Shown here: piece after piece, positions 9,401-18,421 of the stretch
How the letters are laid out: each line of letters begins with the position of its first letter
Position numbering within the stretch: the stretch's first letter is position 1
Virus record (IMG/VR): IMGVR_UViG_3300029288_000087
DNA length: 64,000 nucleotides
Direction: 5' to 3' (one strand)
From: an uncultured virus (IMG/VR IMGVR_UViG_3300029288_000087)
Taxonomy: Duplodnaviria > Heunggongvirae > Uroviricota > Caudoviricetes
The notes under the pieces: generated by a model
Database searches by the model: none
What the model was told of the DNA's origin: nothing
Seen by the model: only the letters and a program-made list of their open reading frames with translations
Made by a program: the position numbers and the translations under genes

Positions 9401-10334
9401 TGTCCCGGAGCGATTCGAGGTTGGGACCGGCGGCGGCGCGGAAGATGGACTTGCGGAGAGGGTGGGTGAGCATCACCTCGCGCGCCGCGCGCTTGCGCTC
9501 CTCGCGGGCTCCACGCAGAGCGATTCGGGCGGGTTCCTTCCACACGTTGACGCGAAGCGGTGCTTCTCCGTGCGGCCCTGCGTCCCCCTTGAGCATCTCG
9601 CTCCAGATGGCGCTCAGGCCCGACAGGTACGTCGCGATCGAGCCCATCTTGATCGAGGCTCGCTTCTCGGGCACCACGTAGCGGTAGACCATCGGGTCGC
9701 GCTCCTTGCGCGTCCAGATGCGTCCCTGCTCCTTGCGCACTTCGATGCTCCTCGGGAGTCGGTACATCCATCGGTAGTCCCGGATGAGCATGCCCAGGCG
9801 CTTGTGCAACTGGGACAGGTCGTCGGTCCCGTCAGGCTTCTTGGGAACGAACTTGGCGCGCGTGGCGGGCGTGAGCATCTCGTAGATTTCGAGGATGTTC
9901 ACCTGTCTGCCTCCGCGGGATGCCTTCTCGACGGCGCTGTAGATCATCCACGAGTCCATGCCGCTGGCCCGCACGATCATGCCTCGGATGTCGGGCGGAT
10001 CGGTGCTGCGCATCCACTCGTACAGCTCCATCGCGACCCGGCGCGTGACCTCGTCCGGGTCCAGCTCCCTGCCGAACTTCGCCCTCATCCAGTAGGTGAA
10101 AATCTCCAGCGACTTGAGGTACACGCGGATCGTGTTGGAAGCGTCCTGGGGCTTGTTGCGGAGCCTGCGCTTGCCTCGGAGATCCTCGCGCCGCACGCCC
10201 TTCGCGCTGTCCTTGAGACGAGAGACGAGCCGCTGGATCGCGTCCACGTACTTGGACTGCTGATCGACTTGGGAGTCCTCGAAGTACCCGAGTGCGTCGG
10301 GGCGGTTCGGGCGCGTGAGATCGAAGTCAGACAC
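6429..10334 (-). CDS. Very large tyrosine recombinase/integrase (1301 aa) with long C-terminal extension
   Basis: Intact catalytic set: CLRSEEL (R), GKGDKTR (K), HNFRH (HxxR), LLGHESIKTTEGY (H, Y); N-terminal core-binding-like NTIRVYLKSL and SIATYLSGLSAIW. Confidence 0.9.
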   Translation of the reverse strand: MSDFDLTRPNRPDALGYFEDSQVDQQSKYVDAIQRLVSRLKDSAKGVRREDLRGKRRLRNKPQDASNTIRVYLKSLEIFTYWMRAKFGRELDPDEVTRRVAMELYEWMRSTDPPDIRGMIVRASGMDSWMIYSAVEKASRGGRQVNILEIYEMLTPATRAKFVPKKPDGTDDLSQLHKRLGMLIRDYRWMYRLPRSIEVRKEQGRIWTRKERDPMVYRYVVPEKRASIKMGSIATYLSGLSAIWSEMLKGDAGPHGEAPLRVNVWKEPARIALRGAREERKRAAREVMLTHPLRKSIFRAAAGPNLESLRDTLALYLLTHACLRSEELVGALRKDLYEKNGLLTLSIRSGKGDKTREIPLSSEIRDAMVAFDQGLRQRAQENEVNPETGELQPSHWARYCAALMTNPNAPIVPSLVRWGTNERDGQPEQTALEPLDTSGLRRMLYALAERARVVEVKSGMQRGLNADERKRIHAHNFRHYGATCAREAGMPLDEIQALLGHESIKTTEGYVHIQPDSVVIIGAYIAKAEKGDVMSTEEAQRMHRRRGSPLDDERIIASEPEGRKVPTPFVGQQPGEEQRPRRERIAVSDKPLKSPEWAYQTGVDKLRLYLPEVHMDPHDVPKGQGAVLTYRIGHTSRLPWWAGRKNTWAEQDMAPILSHFQTQPETEPNWDVLKGLQNLYKRFWNEKGPTAALALVAWITEITTVASKQFQSIMVKRGDKWIDFKASASPGELGIVREHMAERIVEWFAVHGDMAVQPLIRRPYNWIPFTERATRIDTRSFRVDDTEKNRVIFQPGREIKFMGVAKKKGEGVGRPDWRHATVGMYSGGMVAIRQEHRAKIDEGFLQAIEWADATTWGQMKETSYPALAAMRDLPKWFFDRDPLLSLPEEERAQMRKWIEQLQGIRPSVMRTTVAIDDLVNWLQVWGDYYHEFKFDTSARDTAKKQMAELDKKFQEETGKQDRFGAGVKIPPISIYEIVGKAADASFARIQQDIDAKMQEGMEQDEAIAEAREEHPTLEEPTEMMEEIDKEGRPRHAPLKYDERLTMYLKSKHGIDISAPGAVKPSRVLRARMFEEGYLTFNEQNTIVHDMRTKEEFWRRHGTDSECVLRRIARNLWERHKEAMGKRGPDAQEHHDMIRRHYYAWLAYIVPCPAAIEEELRRLHPADMAAHSAERMRDVIAEAWGQTVTQMLKDRGELAEEKVGDVEVARRLQMAVGKKAERYAEVETEFEESQEAHGGIPAGRSYEEQTSRAWQSKEEAKQETAKFKQPIVRRRAKPNFSETFTDELPDPVMLVFAEQWVT

Positions 10335-11064
10335 CGCTATGCTCCGCGTTCGGATCCGACGCGCTGAAATGCCGGATCTCGTCGTTGATCTTCGTGCAGA
10401 GCGTCTCGCCCTCGCCCATCGATCCGCGCAGCCACCGCAGGTGGACTTCTCCGTGTGTCGGATGCTTGCCCGTGACCTCTACCCTGCCATCGGACAGCTT
10501 GCACTTCGTTGCCGGGATGCCCTGGGCGATGCACTCGCGCACGAGCCCTTCGAGCCTGTCCTGCTGGTAGGACGAACGCGGCGTTCTCGCCCTCGGCTTG
10601 GTGTCGCGCTTGCGAGGGGCGTCTGACGGCTCGACGATGTCCTCGTCATCGTCTTCGTGCACAACGAGCGGGGAGGTGTCCAGCCCGAGCGACTGCGCGC
10701 GCATGTGCAGCGAGTGCGCTTCCTCACCGTCTGCCAGCTCGCAGGCGAACACGATGAGAAGCTCCAGCAGTTCCCGGAGCGATGTGCGCCAGGACTCCTC
10801 GATGCTGCTTCCCAGGGCCTCGAACAGCACCTCGAACTTGCGGAACTTGTCGGGGCCCATGTTCTGCTTGAGAGCCGGGCTCTGCACCGCCGTCTTGCAC
10901 ATCTGGATCAGCGCGACCGTGCCGCCTGCGATCATCATCGTGGCTGTGGCGCAGGCCTGGGCAGTGACGGCGACCTCCCGCGACTCCTTGTTCTCTTCGA
11001 GAACCGCGATGGCGTACGAAACGAGGCGAAGGTCGAGACTTCGGCGCAACTTGCCTTGCTGCAT
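10327..11064 (-). CDS. Hypothetical protein upstream of and coupled to the recombinase
   Basis: MQQGKLRR...; 3' end overlaps the recombinase start. Confidence 0.65.
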   Translation of the reverse strand: MQQGKLRRSLDLRLVSYAIAVLEENKESREVAVTAQACATATMMIAGGTVALIQMCKTAVQSPALKQNMGPDKFRKFEVLFEALGSSIEESWRTSLRELLELLIVFACELADGEEAHSLHMRAQSLGLDTSPLVVHEDDDEDIVEPSDAPRKRDTKPRARTPRSSYQQDRLEGLVRECIAQGIPATKCKLSDGRVEVTGKHPTHGEVHLRWLRGSMGEGETLCTKINDEIRHFSASDPNAEHSGV

Positions 11065-11071
11065 GGCGATG

Positions 11072-11100
11072 ATAGTGCGCCTACGTTGCACTATGTGCAA
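11072..11100 (-). promoter_or_regulatory. Putative sigma70-type promoter for a leaderless recombinase operon, overlapping an ATAGTGC-N9-GCACTAT inverted repeat
   Basis: Minus strand TTGCAC-17-CACTAT-7-ATG; inverted repeat at 11072-11094. Confidence 0.45.
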
Positions 11101-11130
11101 CTGCTTACAAGCGGCCCAGTTCCAGACTTT

Positions 11131-11370
11131 CTAGTATCTACGGCCTTTGATTGTTTTGGGGCGGGGCCTGGGGACCATCACGCGCTCGATCCTGCGGGCC
11201 GTTGTGGGCATGGCTTCGTACGCGTCGGACTGCACCTTCGAGCATGCCTCCAGCTCCGGGAGCCCGAGCTTGTTGACGGCTGGCGTGTACCACCAGTTGT
11301 GGGCCTTCAGGGCGATGATCTTGCCAGTCTCGTCGATGATGCCGCCGTCGTACTTGTGGAGCGTCGTCAT
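11131..11370 (-). CDS. Small hypothetical protein
   Basis: MTTLHKYDGG..., coupled to the upstream gene. Confidence 0.55.
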   Translation of the reverse strand: MTTLHKYDGGIIDETGKIIALKAHNWWYTPAVNKLGLPELEACSKVQSDAYEAMPTTARRIERVMVPRPRPKTIKGRRY

Positions 11371-11954
11371 CTCTTCCACCCTTGTTCGCGCAGGCATCCT
11401 TCGATGTCAGGCGGCTTCCAGCCCTCTGGCTTCATCTGTTTGAGATTCACGATCGGCCCCCCGAGCTTGGTCATGTTGGCTCGGTGCACCTCCTCCGCGA
11501 TCGGCCCGCCGTCGATGCCGAAGGCGATGCGGGAGCCCTCGACGACGTAGTCGGTGTCCGCGAACCCGTCAGCTGCGGCAGGAAGATCGACATCGACTTT
11601 CAGGCTGTCCAGGCAGTCGAGAGTCGTGCGCTTGAGATGCCCGAGCACACCTGCCCCGTGATCCGGCCTCTTGTCGTAGCATGCTTCCGCAACCTCGAAT
11701 GCCTCTTCCAGTACGAGTCGAACACGCAGCCTTACCGTCGCTTCGTCAGGGACCGTAGGCGTCGAGTTCTGGACTTGACCGACCGCCTCCATGAACTCCT
11801 TCACCTGACAGTGTACCTTGCTCACCGCGAAGTCCGCGATCTGGGCAAGGATGCCGTGTACTGCCTCGTGCCACGTGAGGCAGCCGGGCTCAGGATCCTC
11901 CAGCAGCATTGTCAGCTTCTTCGACAATCCCAACAGCTTCTCGATGTTGCTCAC
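11367..11954 (-). CDS. MazG-like/PRA-PH nucleoside triphosphate pyrophosphohydrolase
   Basis: LVLEEAFEV, DGFADTDYVVEG, EEVHRANMTK, KPEGWKPPDI motifs typical of phage all-alpha NTP-PPases. Confidence 0.85.
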   Translation of the reverse strand: MSNIEKLLGLSKKLTMLLEDPEPGCLTWHEAVHGILAQIADFAVSKVHCQVKEFMEAVGQVQNSTPTVPDEATVRLRVRLVLEEAFEVAEACYDKRPDHGAGVLGHLKRTTLDCLDSLKVDVDLPAAADGFADTDYVVEGSRIAFGIDGGPIAEEVHRANMTKLGGPIVNLKQMKPEGWKPPDIEGCLREQGWKR

Positions 11955-12939
11955 GTCTCACCATCCTTGTAGCCCTGCATCATCCTCGCCGCGACTTCCC
12001 CCGGTGTCTCCGGTTTGACGCTCCAGTCGATGCCCTTCTTCTCCTTCTGCTCCCCCGTAGGCTTCTCAGCCTCGACCTCGGATCGGTATTTCGGCTTTTC
12101 GGAGGCCATGCCATACACAATGATCGCGTCGCACTGCCCGCATGTCGCGTGGAGGTGAGACCCTTTGTGTTTCCACTTACAGGTGGCTTCCGTGTAGAAG
12201 CGAACCTCGGAGCACTTCACCCCGTTGCACACGTGGCAGAAGAACTCTTCCTTTCCCTTCCACCTCAAGCGCCCCAAATCGTCCGTTCTTGGATCGGCGG
12301 GGGCCGATTCGGACTTCTTCTCAGTATCGTCCCCCACCTTCTCGGCAGGCTCCCGATACGGATGCCCGTTTTTGTCCTTCGCATCCGGCGCATCCGTGGT
12401 CAGGCTCACGATGCGGTTCAGGTACTCCTGGGCCTTCGCCTCCGCGTCGTGCATCCTCTTGCGCAGATCGCGGATGATGCGGAAGCGATAGACCGCGAGG
12501 GCTGAGCCCGCGACGATACCGAGCAGGATCAGAGTTAGCGCTGCCCAAAGTGTCAGCGGATGCGTTACAAGGTAATCAGCCATCTCGGATCTCCTTCAAT
12601 CAGCTCGCGGTCGCTTGTGCCGGTTGAGCCAGCCGACGACGTGCACCTTCCCGCAGTATGGGCACTCGTAGCCGAATAGCTCGCACAGGATGATAGGAAA
12701 GCAGACAAAGGCGGCAAGCACGAAGCTCAGCGCTACGATCAGCAGGAGCTTGCCGACGAATACCAGTACAACGATCACTTCTCCTCCCTCGCGCGCAACT
12801 TGCGTATGCGCTCAATCTGCTCGTTGTTCTCCCTGATGCCTGCGCTACACAGCATCATGATGCGCGTGCAGCCGATGACGACCGCGATGTCGCACAACAC
12901 GGTGAGCGCTAGGAGCGTTATGTAGATGTAGTAGCCCAT
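11951..12939 (-). CDS. Three small membrane-associated hypothetical genes (11951-12583, 12596-12778, 12775-12939)
   Basis: N-terminal hydrophobic helices; tight or overlapping starts and stops. Confidence 0.5.
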
Positions 12940-15035
12940 CACTCTTCCCTCAACACTTCCGCCAGCGTCCCCTGCTTCTCGGTCCCCATGAGCCTCGCCA
13001 GGATCTCCGCTGGCAACTGCTTGTGGTAGCGGGGCAGGATGCGCTTGGCGAGTGCGACCTCGCCGTCTGTCAGCTGCCTTCGCTTGGCGATCTCTGCGAC
13101 GCGCCTGCCCATGTGAGCGTGCGCTCCGGAGAACCCCATGCCGTCCCTCTGGCGAGCCCCGTCGCACAGCGCCGAGACCGCCAGGAAGCCCGCAGAGGCC
13201 GCTCCGCGCTCTTCGTCCGTCGCCACGGGCCAGACGATCTTGGGAGGCTTCGGAGGCTCCACGGGGCCAATGCGAGCAGCCGCGGTGTGCTCCAAGGCAG
13301 CGTCCGCGATCTGTTGCTTGCGAATGACCTTGGCGAGCATTACAGCGTCCAGGCTCTCGTCCACGGCGAGATGCTGGATGAGCACGGCGTTCCGCTGGGA
13401 AATCCTATGAATGCGATCTTCTGCTTGGCTCAGGTCTCCGGGCACCCAGGAGCTTTCGACGAACGCCATGTAGTCGGCTGCGGTCAGGGTGAGCCCGACG
13501 CCCGCCGCTTGGATGCTTCCGATGAACACCCTGATTTTCGGGTCGGACTGGAAGCGGTCCACGATGGCGAGCCGATCGTTCTGCGGAGTCGGGCCGTAGA
13601 CGCACACGGCTTCGCTGCCATAGTGGGCGACAAGCTGCTCGATGACCGCGTGGTGGTGCGCCATGACGACGATCTTGGGCCGCTCCTCCAGGACGAGATC
13701 GAGATGCTCGAACACGGACGGGAGCTTCGCCAGGGCGAGCTTTTGCCGCTCCACCGAGATCGTCTTGAAGTCGATGTCCGCAATGGTCTGGCAGAGCCGG
13801 TCGAGCGCCATCTCGTACGCGACCGTGTCCCCGCCCGCTTCGGCCAAGTCCACCTCGGCAGCGAGCACATCGATCTGCCCGCTCTGCTTCGTCCATGCGG
13901 CGTGCTCCGCCTTGACCGCGGCAGACGCGCCCGTGGGCGGGAGGAACACGATTTGTCTGGTTTTCTTCGGCAAAAAGGGCAAAACGTCGGACTTTGCGCG
14001 TCGGATCATTACCGTCGATCTCATGCGTTCTTGCAGTTCTTCGAGGCGGCTCGCGCCGTCCGTGTGCCACACCTCGCGCGTGAATCCGCCTCGGACTCGG
14101 ATGGTCTCCTTCACAGCGCCGCAGTAGCGCATCAGGAACGGCCATTCCAGGTTCCAGGTGACCGGGTCCAGGGCGTGCAGCAGCGGCCATAGCTCCTTCG
14201 GGCGGTTGGGCAGCGGCGTGCCCGTCAGGAACAGCGCGCGCTTGGCTTGGTTGATCAGTCCAAGCTGGGCAGGCTCCGCGGGTCTGCCTCGCTTCTTGTC
14301 CTCGCGTTTGCCCTTCTTGCCCAGGATGACTTCGCTCCGTTGTGCGGTGCCCGTCTTCATGCGGTGAGCTTCGTCCACGATGAGAAGGCCCCAGGTCCGA
14401 GCCATCAGCGCTGCGCGGAGCTGGGCTGCACGCGGGCCGACAAGCCGCTCGTAGTTGACGATGACGAGATCGTTGCGAGGATGCGGAGGATCGTTCGACT
14501 CCACAACGTGGATGAGCCGTGGGCGCACGAGCCACTTCTCTGCCTCGCGCTTCCACAACAGGCGCAGGCTTGCCGGGCAGATGACGAGGATGCTGCCCAT
14601 GTTGGGCACGGCATTGGCGACTCCGAGCGCCTCCACGGTTTTGCCAGTGCCACAAGAATCCGCCAGCAGCACATTCCTGCGCGCCAGCGCGTACTCGACG
14701 GCGGCAAGTTGGTACGGGTAGTATTCGCACCCGGGCGGCGCAGGCACTTCGAGCTTGCTGTCCGCGGCCTTGCTCGCCTCGACGGTGCGGTAGTGATCCG
14801 CCAGCGAGTAGATCGCGGACTCGGCGAGGTACTTCTCCGCTCGGGAGGCCACCGTCTTGTCGGCGGTGAACCAGATGCGCGGCTCCATGTGAGCCTTGCA
14901 GGCTTCGCAGGCGTGGTAGCAGCGCTCGTCGCCGAAGTGGAAGTGGAAGCCCAGGCTCTTGAGATACTCGCGCGCGGGAACGTCGTCGAAACGAATCTGC
15001 GCGTAGTAGATGCCGTGGCTGAACTCGATCTTCAT
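12939..15035 (-). CDS. SNF2-family (HARP/SMARCAL1-like) helicase
   Basis: LLADSCGTGKT (Walker A), LIVDEAH (II), LTGTPLPN (III), AAGVGLTLT and QAEDRIHRISQ (V/VI); likely start MKIEFSHG. Confidence 0.9.
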   Translation of the reverse strand: MKIEFSHGIYYAQIRFDDVPAREYLKSLGFHFHFGDERCYHACEACKAHMEPRIWFTADKTVASRAEKYLAESAIYSLADHYRTVEASKAADSKLEVPAPPGCEYYPYQLAAVEYALARRNVLLADSCGTGKTVEALGVANAVPNMGSILVICPASLRLLWKREAEKWLVRPRLIHVVESNDPPHPRNDLVIVNYERLVGPRAAQLRAALMARTWGLLIVDEAHRMKTGTAQRSEVILGKKGKREDKKRGRPAEPAQLGLINQAKRALFLTGTPLPNRPKELWPLLHALDPVTWNLEWPFLMRYCGAVKETIRVRGGFTREVWHTDGASRLEELQERMRSTVMIRRAKSDVLPFLPKKTRQIVFLPPTGASAAVKAEHAAWTKQSGQIDVLAAEVDLAEAGGDTVAYEMALDRLCQTIADIDFKTISVERQKLALAKLPSVFEHLDLVLEERPKIVVMAHHHAVIEQLVAHYGSEAVCVYGPTPQNDRLAIVDRFQSDPKIRVFIGSIQAAGVGLTLTAADYMAFVESSWVPGDLSQAEDRIHRISQRNAVLIQHLAVDESLDAVMLAKVIRKQQIADAALEHTAAARIGPVEPPKPPKIVWPVATDEERGAASAGFLAVSALCDGARQRDGMGFSGAHAHMGRRVAEIAKRRQLTDGEVALAKRILPRYHKQLPAEILARLMGTEKQGTLAEVLREE

Positions 15036-15037
15036 GC

Positions 15038-15703
15038 CTATCCTCGCGCCCCGGCAACCGTCATCGCGTTGGCGAACTCGGTCATGTACGGCAGGCGAAG
15101 GATCCACGCGCAGACACCTTCCGGCCCCGACCACTCGGGCATGCGGTGGCTCCTGCGGTCGAAGTACATCTTGAGCGCGGTCTCGTAGTTGAACGAATAG
15201 GTGGCCTTCTGCAAGAAGCTCTCGGGCAAGTGCATCTTGAGAAGGTGAAGCCGCTCGGGGGTCTTGTCGGAGCGGTACATTGCTCCAAGCCCGTTCACGT
15301 ACTCCAGTTGGGCTTGCGTGATGCAGCCACCCTCAAAGTCGGACCGCTCCAGGTCGCGGCTTCCGAGCTTGTGCATCGTCGAGCACGAGTTGCGGACCGT
15401 CGAAACCTTGTACGTGTCGAGTTCCTGCCAGATCGCCCGCGGGATCGTGATGTCCCACCACACCTGGATCTGCCTCAAGAACTTCCGGTGCGCACCACCG
15501 CCGCGGATCAGCGACAGGGCAAGCTTCATGTCGTCGGGGCCGATGGCGGGTTTTTCTGAGGACTTGATCCCGTAGTCATTGAGCGTCCAGCGATCGGAGT
15601 CATCCTCGAACCGACTGTCTGACTTCGCCCACGACTCCATGGGGTTCCTCATCCCACGCAAAGCCGCCCTCCAGCCGTAGACCTCAACGTTCTCGATTTT
15701 CAT
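15038..15703 (-). CDS. ThyX (Thy1)-like phage protein
   Basis: GMRNPMESW, HRKFLRQIQVWWDIT, NSCSTMHK, LPESFLQK, RRSHRMPEW pattern recalled from a phage ThyX-like family; activity unverified. Confidence 0.6.
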   Translation of the reverse strand: MKIENVEVYGWRAALRGMRNPMESWAKSDSRFEDDSDRWTLNDYGIKSSEKPAIGPDDMKLALSLIRGGGAHRKFLRQIQVWWDITIPRAIWQELDTYKVSTVRNSCSTMHKLGSRDLERSDFEGGCITQAQLEYVNGLGAMYRSDKTPERLHLLKMHLPESFLQKATYSFNYETALKMYFDRRSHRMPEWSGPEGVCAWILRLPYMTEFANAMTVAGARG

Positions 15704-15717
15704 GTTGCTTCCTTCCG

Positions 15718-16275
15718 TCACGGCTTCCCGTACAGGCGTTCCATTTCGGTCCGGTGCTCAGCTTCGCGGCACTCGTGCTCTCGCCTGAGAACGGCAACGA
15801 GTGCTTTGAGCCCCCGGGGCGTGTCAACGTGATAGCCGGTCACATCGCGGCTTGGGGCTGGGCAAGCGCACGATCCTTCTGTGCGCACTTCCTTGCCGTG
15901 CGTCGTGAAGAGTTCGGCTGCTGCCGACAGCGGGAGAGGGTTGTACTTCGTGAAGCACACCCAGTAGTACCAGTTGCGGCGGAAAGACCAACCGTACGCT
16001 TCGGCTGTCACATCGTGCACATTGATCCACGTCGTTCCCGATCGTGCACACGCGTCGGGAGAAACAATGCCGCAGCGCCCCAGTTGCGCAGCCTCGGAGC
16101 CGGGCTTGTAGACTTCGGCTTCCCTTGTAGTGAACGTCACTACGCCTCGCGGTATTCCGGCCTCTGACAACTCGGCCAGCGCCGTGTCCTTGGCCTTTGC
16201 AGGGAACGGCGGATCGCCCAGGTTGGGGAAACCCACGAGTTCACCATCAAGATTACAGCTTGGATTCAGACTCAT
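15718..16275 (-). CDS. Hypothetical protein
   Basis: Coupled ORF with RBS. Confidence 0.6.
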   Translation of the reverse strand: MSLNPSCNLDGELVGFPNLGDPPFPAKAKDTALAELSEAGIPRGVVTFTTREAEVYKPGSEAAQLGRCGIVSPDACARSGTTWINVHDVTAEAYGWSFRRNWYYWVCFTKYNPLPLSAAAELFTTHGKEVRTEGSCACPAPSRDVTGYHVDTPRGLKALVAVLRREHECREAEHRTEMERLYGKP

Positions 16276-16658
16276 CGTTTTTCCTTCCTCCGCTCGCTCG
16301 GCTTGATGAACACGATCTTGATCTCACAGACGCGCTTGCCCCACCTCCCTATCTTCTCCACGCGGGCCATCACGTCGTAGCAGCCGTCGCCGAACCCGGA
16401 GGAGACGCAGACTCCCAGGCCCTCGTGCCCCATGTCGTACGAGAAGGACTTCATGGCCGGGCCACCGTGCATCCGCTCGAAGAGCCCGAGCTTGTTGCAG
16501 AAGTCTTCCCAGTCCTTGCCGATCGATTTCGGCTTGTCCTCGCCCTGGCGGTGCAACACGTAGCAGGGGTCGCCGATCCACACGAGCCCCGCATCCACAC
16601 CGATCTCCCCGACCTTCACCCAGCTCGACTTTGTCCGTACCTTCTTCGTCGTCTTCAT
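16272..16658 (-). CDS. Hypothetical protein (DUF4241-like GVDAG/SGFGDG motifs)
   Basis: IGVDAGLVWIGDPCY and SSGFGDGCYDV. Confidence 0.55.
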   Translation of the reverse strand: MKTTKKVRTKSSWVKVGEIGVDAGLVWIGDPCYVLHRQGEDKPKSIGKDWEDFCNKLGLFERMHGGPAMKSFSYDMGHEGLGVCVSSGFGDGCYDVMARVEKIGRWGKRVCEIKIVFIKPSERRKEKR

Positions 16659-17698
16659 GTGTCTTCCTTCCCCAGCACGTGCTCTCGCACGTTGATCGGC
16701 GCATCTTCTGCCCCGCGCCAGTATGGCTCGATCTGGATTGCCTTGCGCAGCGCCCGGTTCACCCCATGCGGCTGCATCTTCCAGTGTCCGCGCACCAGCA
16801 CCTGTACCTGCGGGATGCCAGCCTTGCGCTTGCCCTCCATGTATTGCCGGATGGCGGGTCGGCAGTCGATCTTGATCGGCTTGCCGACTTGGTACGTCGC
16901 GATTGTGGGAGGACCGTCCCGCAGCTTCGCAGACCTGTGCCCCGCGTCGATCTTGTTCTGCTTGGGAGGCCTGATGTTGGACGGGTCGCTCATGGCGAGG
17001 CACGTTCCGCACACGAGCCTGCCCAACAGCGCCGCCGCCCGTTCGTCCACCTCCTCGAACGGGTGCACGAAGCTGCACTCGTCCCAGTGCGCGCTGTTTT
17101 CCTTCACGTCCAGCAGACACGTCACGTCGGGTCCGTACCTCCAGATGAGCACTGAGGAGTCGGAGAACGCCACCATGGCCCAGCCGTACGTCCGCTTGTC
17201 GCGCCAGCGAAGTGATGTGACGAGCACGTGGCGGATGTCGCTCAGCCGCCCGGTCGTGTCGTTCTTGATCTGGATGAGCCCCTCCGGGACAACGATGTCG
17301 AACGCGGGCCACGGCATCAGGATGTGCTCGCGCATCTCGTCGGTGACGCACGTTGCCATGAGCGCGGCGGCGTACTTGTGCCCCATGGTGACCTGTGGGA
17401 AGCCGCCTTGTGCCCAGCGGTGCGAGCCAATGAGGATGAGTTGGTCCCCTGGCTTTGCCGCCATGGTCGCGATGGCGAGCCCCTGCGCAGGATCGAAGTC
17501 CAGCTGGTGTTCGCTCAAGGCGTCCAGCAAGTCCTCGTCGGAGTTCATCGGCCCCACCGTGGAGAACACGACTTTGCCGATGCCAGCCACCATCTCGCGG
17601 CTCATGCCTGTGTGGGGATCGACTCCCCAGACTCGCTGCGCAGCGTCCGCGGACTCGGCGAGCGCCTTCATCTGCGCCCAGTCTTCCGGCTGCATCAC
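16655..17698 (-). CDS. Conserved phage hypothetical protein
   Basis: C-terminal VRGHWKMQPHG...IEPYWRG motif seen in phage proteins. Confidence 0.65.
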   Translation of the reverse strand: MMQPEDWAQMKALAESADAAQRVWGVDPHTGMSREMVAGIGKVVFSTVGPMNSDEDLLDALSEHQLDFDPAQGLAIATMAAKPGDQLILIGSHRWAQGGFPQVTMGHKYAAALMATCVTDEMREHILMPWPAFDIVVPEGLIQIKNDTTGRLSDIRHVLVTSLRWRDKRTYGWAMVAFSDSSVLIWRYGPDVTCLLDVKENSAHWDECSFVHPFEEVDERAAALLGRLVCGTCLAMSDPSNIRPPKQNKIDAGHRSAKLRDGPPTIATYQVGKPIKIDCRPAIRQYMEGKRKAGIPQVQVLVRGHWKMQPHGVNRALRKAIQIEPYWRGAEDAPINVREHVLGKEDT

Positions 17699-18411
17699 GT
17701 GCCTCGCTTCTTCCTCTCCTGCTCCGCTTCCTCAGTCGTGCACCAACACCCGTAGTCCTCGCAGCTGACGAGCTGGCAGAGCGCGCCGTGGATTCTGTAC
17801 AGGATCTCGGGCTCTCGGATGAGGTGGACGGCGAGCTTGACGGAGTAGCCGAACGTGTTGCCGCTGTGATCCGAAAGGTCGGCCAGCACCTTGCGCTGCT
17901 CGTCGTTCGAGGCGTCATTGAACGCTTTGACGGCCTCGACCGTCTTGCACGCTGCTGCGATCTTCGCTGCCGTCTCGCAGCAGAACATCTCGTAGGGCCC
18001 GAACTCTGGTCCCCACCCCGGCTTGTGCATGAAGAACAAGATGCGAAGGCGCATGTGAGTAGGCAGAGCTTCGACCCTGGCGTTCCACTCGGGGAGCTTG
18101 TCCGCGAACTCCTTCTCCTTCCTCGCCTTGCTCTCAGCGATCTCTCGCAGCCGCTCCACCTCGTACTCCTGCTGCGTCTGGTAGTAGTACACCCGGTCGC
18201 CACAGGCGACGCCTCGCACCGGATAGCCGAAGCCCTTGCCGTAGAAGCGAACCATCTCGCCCCTCTTCGGCAGCGGCAACTTCTCCGGATTGCTCACGCG
18301 CAGAAAGCCGCTGTCTTTCACGCGCAGCTCGAAATGGCCTGCGTCCTGCTGCGATGTGGACGCGCACTCCACGTCGTAGAACTGCGTGTCGTCATCGGTC
18401 GGGTGTTTCAT
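17695..18411 (-). CDS. Hypothetical protein
   Basis: AGGA RBS, protein-like composition. Confidence 0.65.
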   Translation of the reverse strand: MKHPTDDDTQFYDVECASTSQQDAGHFELRVKDSGFLRVSNPEKLPLPKRGEMVRFYGKGFGYPVRGVACGDRVYYYQTQQEYEVERLREIAESKARKEKEFADKLPEWNARVEALPTHMRLRILFFMHKPGWGPEFGPYEMFCCETAAKIAAACKTVEAVKAFNDASNDEQRKVLADLSDHSGNTFGYSVKLAVHLIREPEILYRIHGALCQLVSCEDYGCWCTTEEAEQERKKRGT

Positions 18412-18421
18412 GGACTTCCTT

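Noticed and set aside
8433..10367. Long antisense ORFs (8433-10367; likewise 1003-2508, 13023-14192, 16197-17768, 46755-47990)
   Set aside because: They overlap well-supported genes on the opposite strand; expected shadow ORFs in high-GC DNA.
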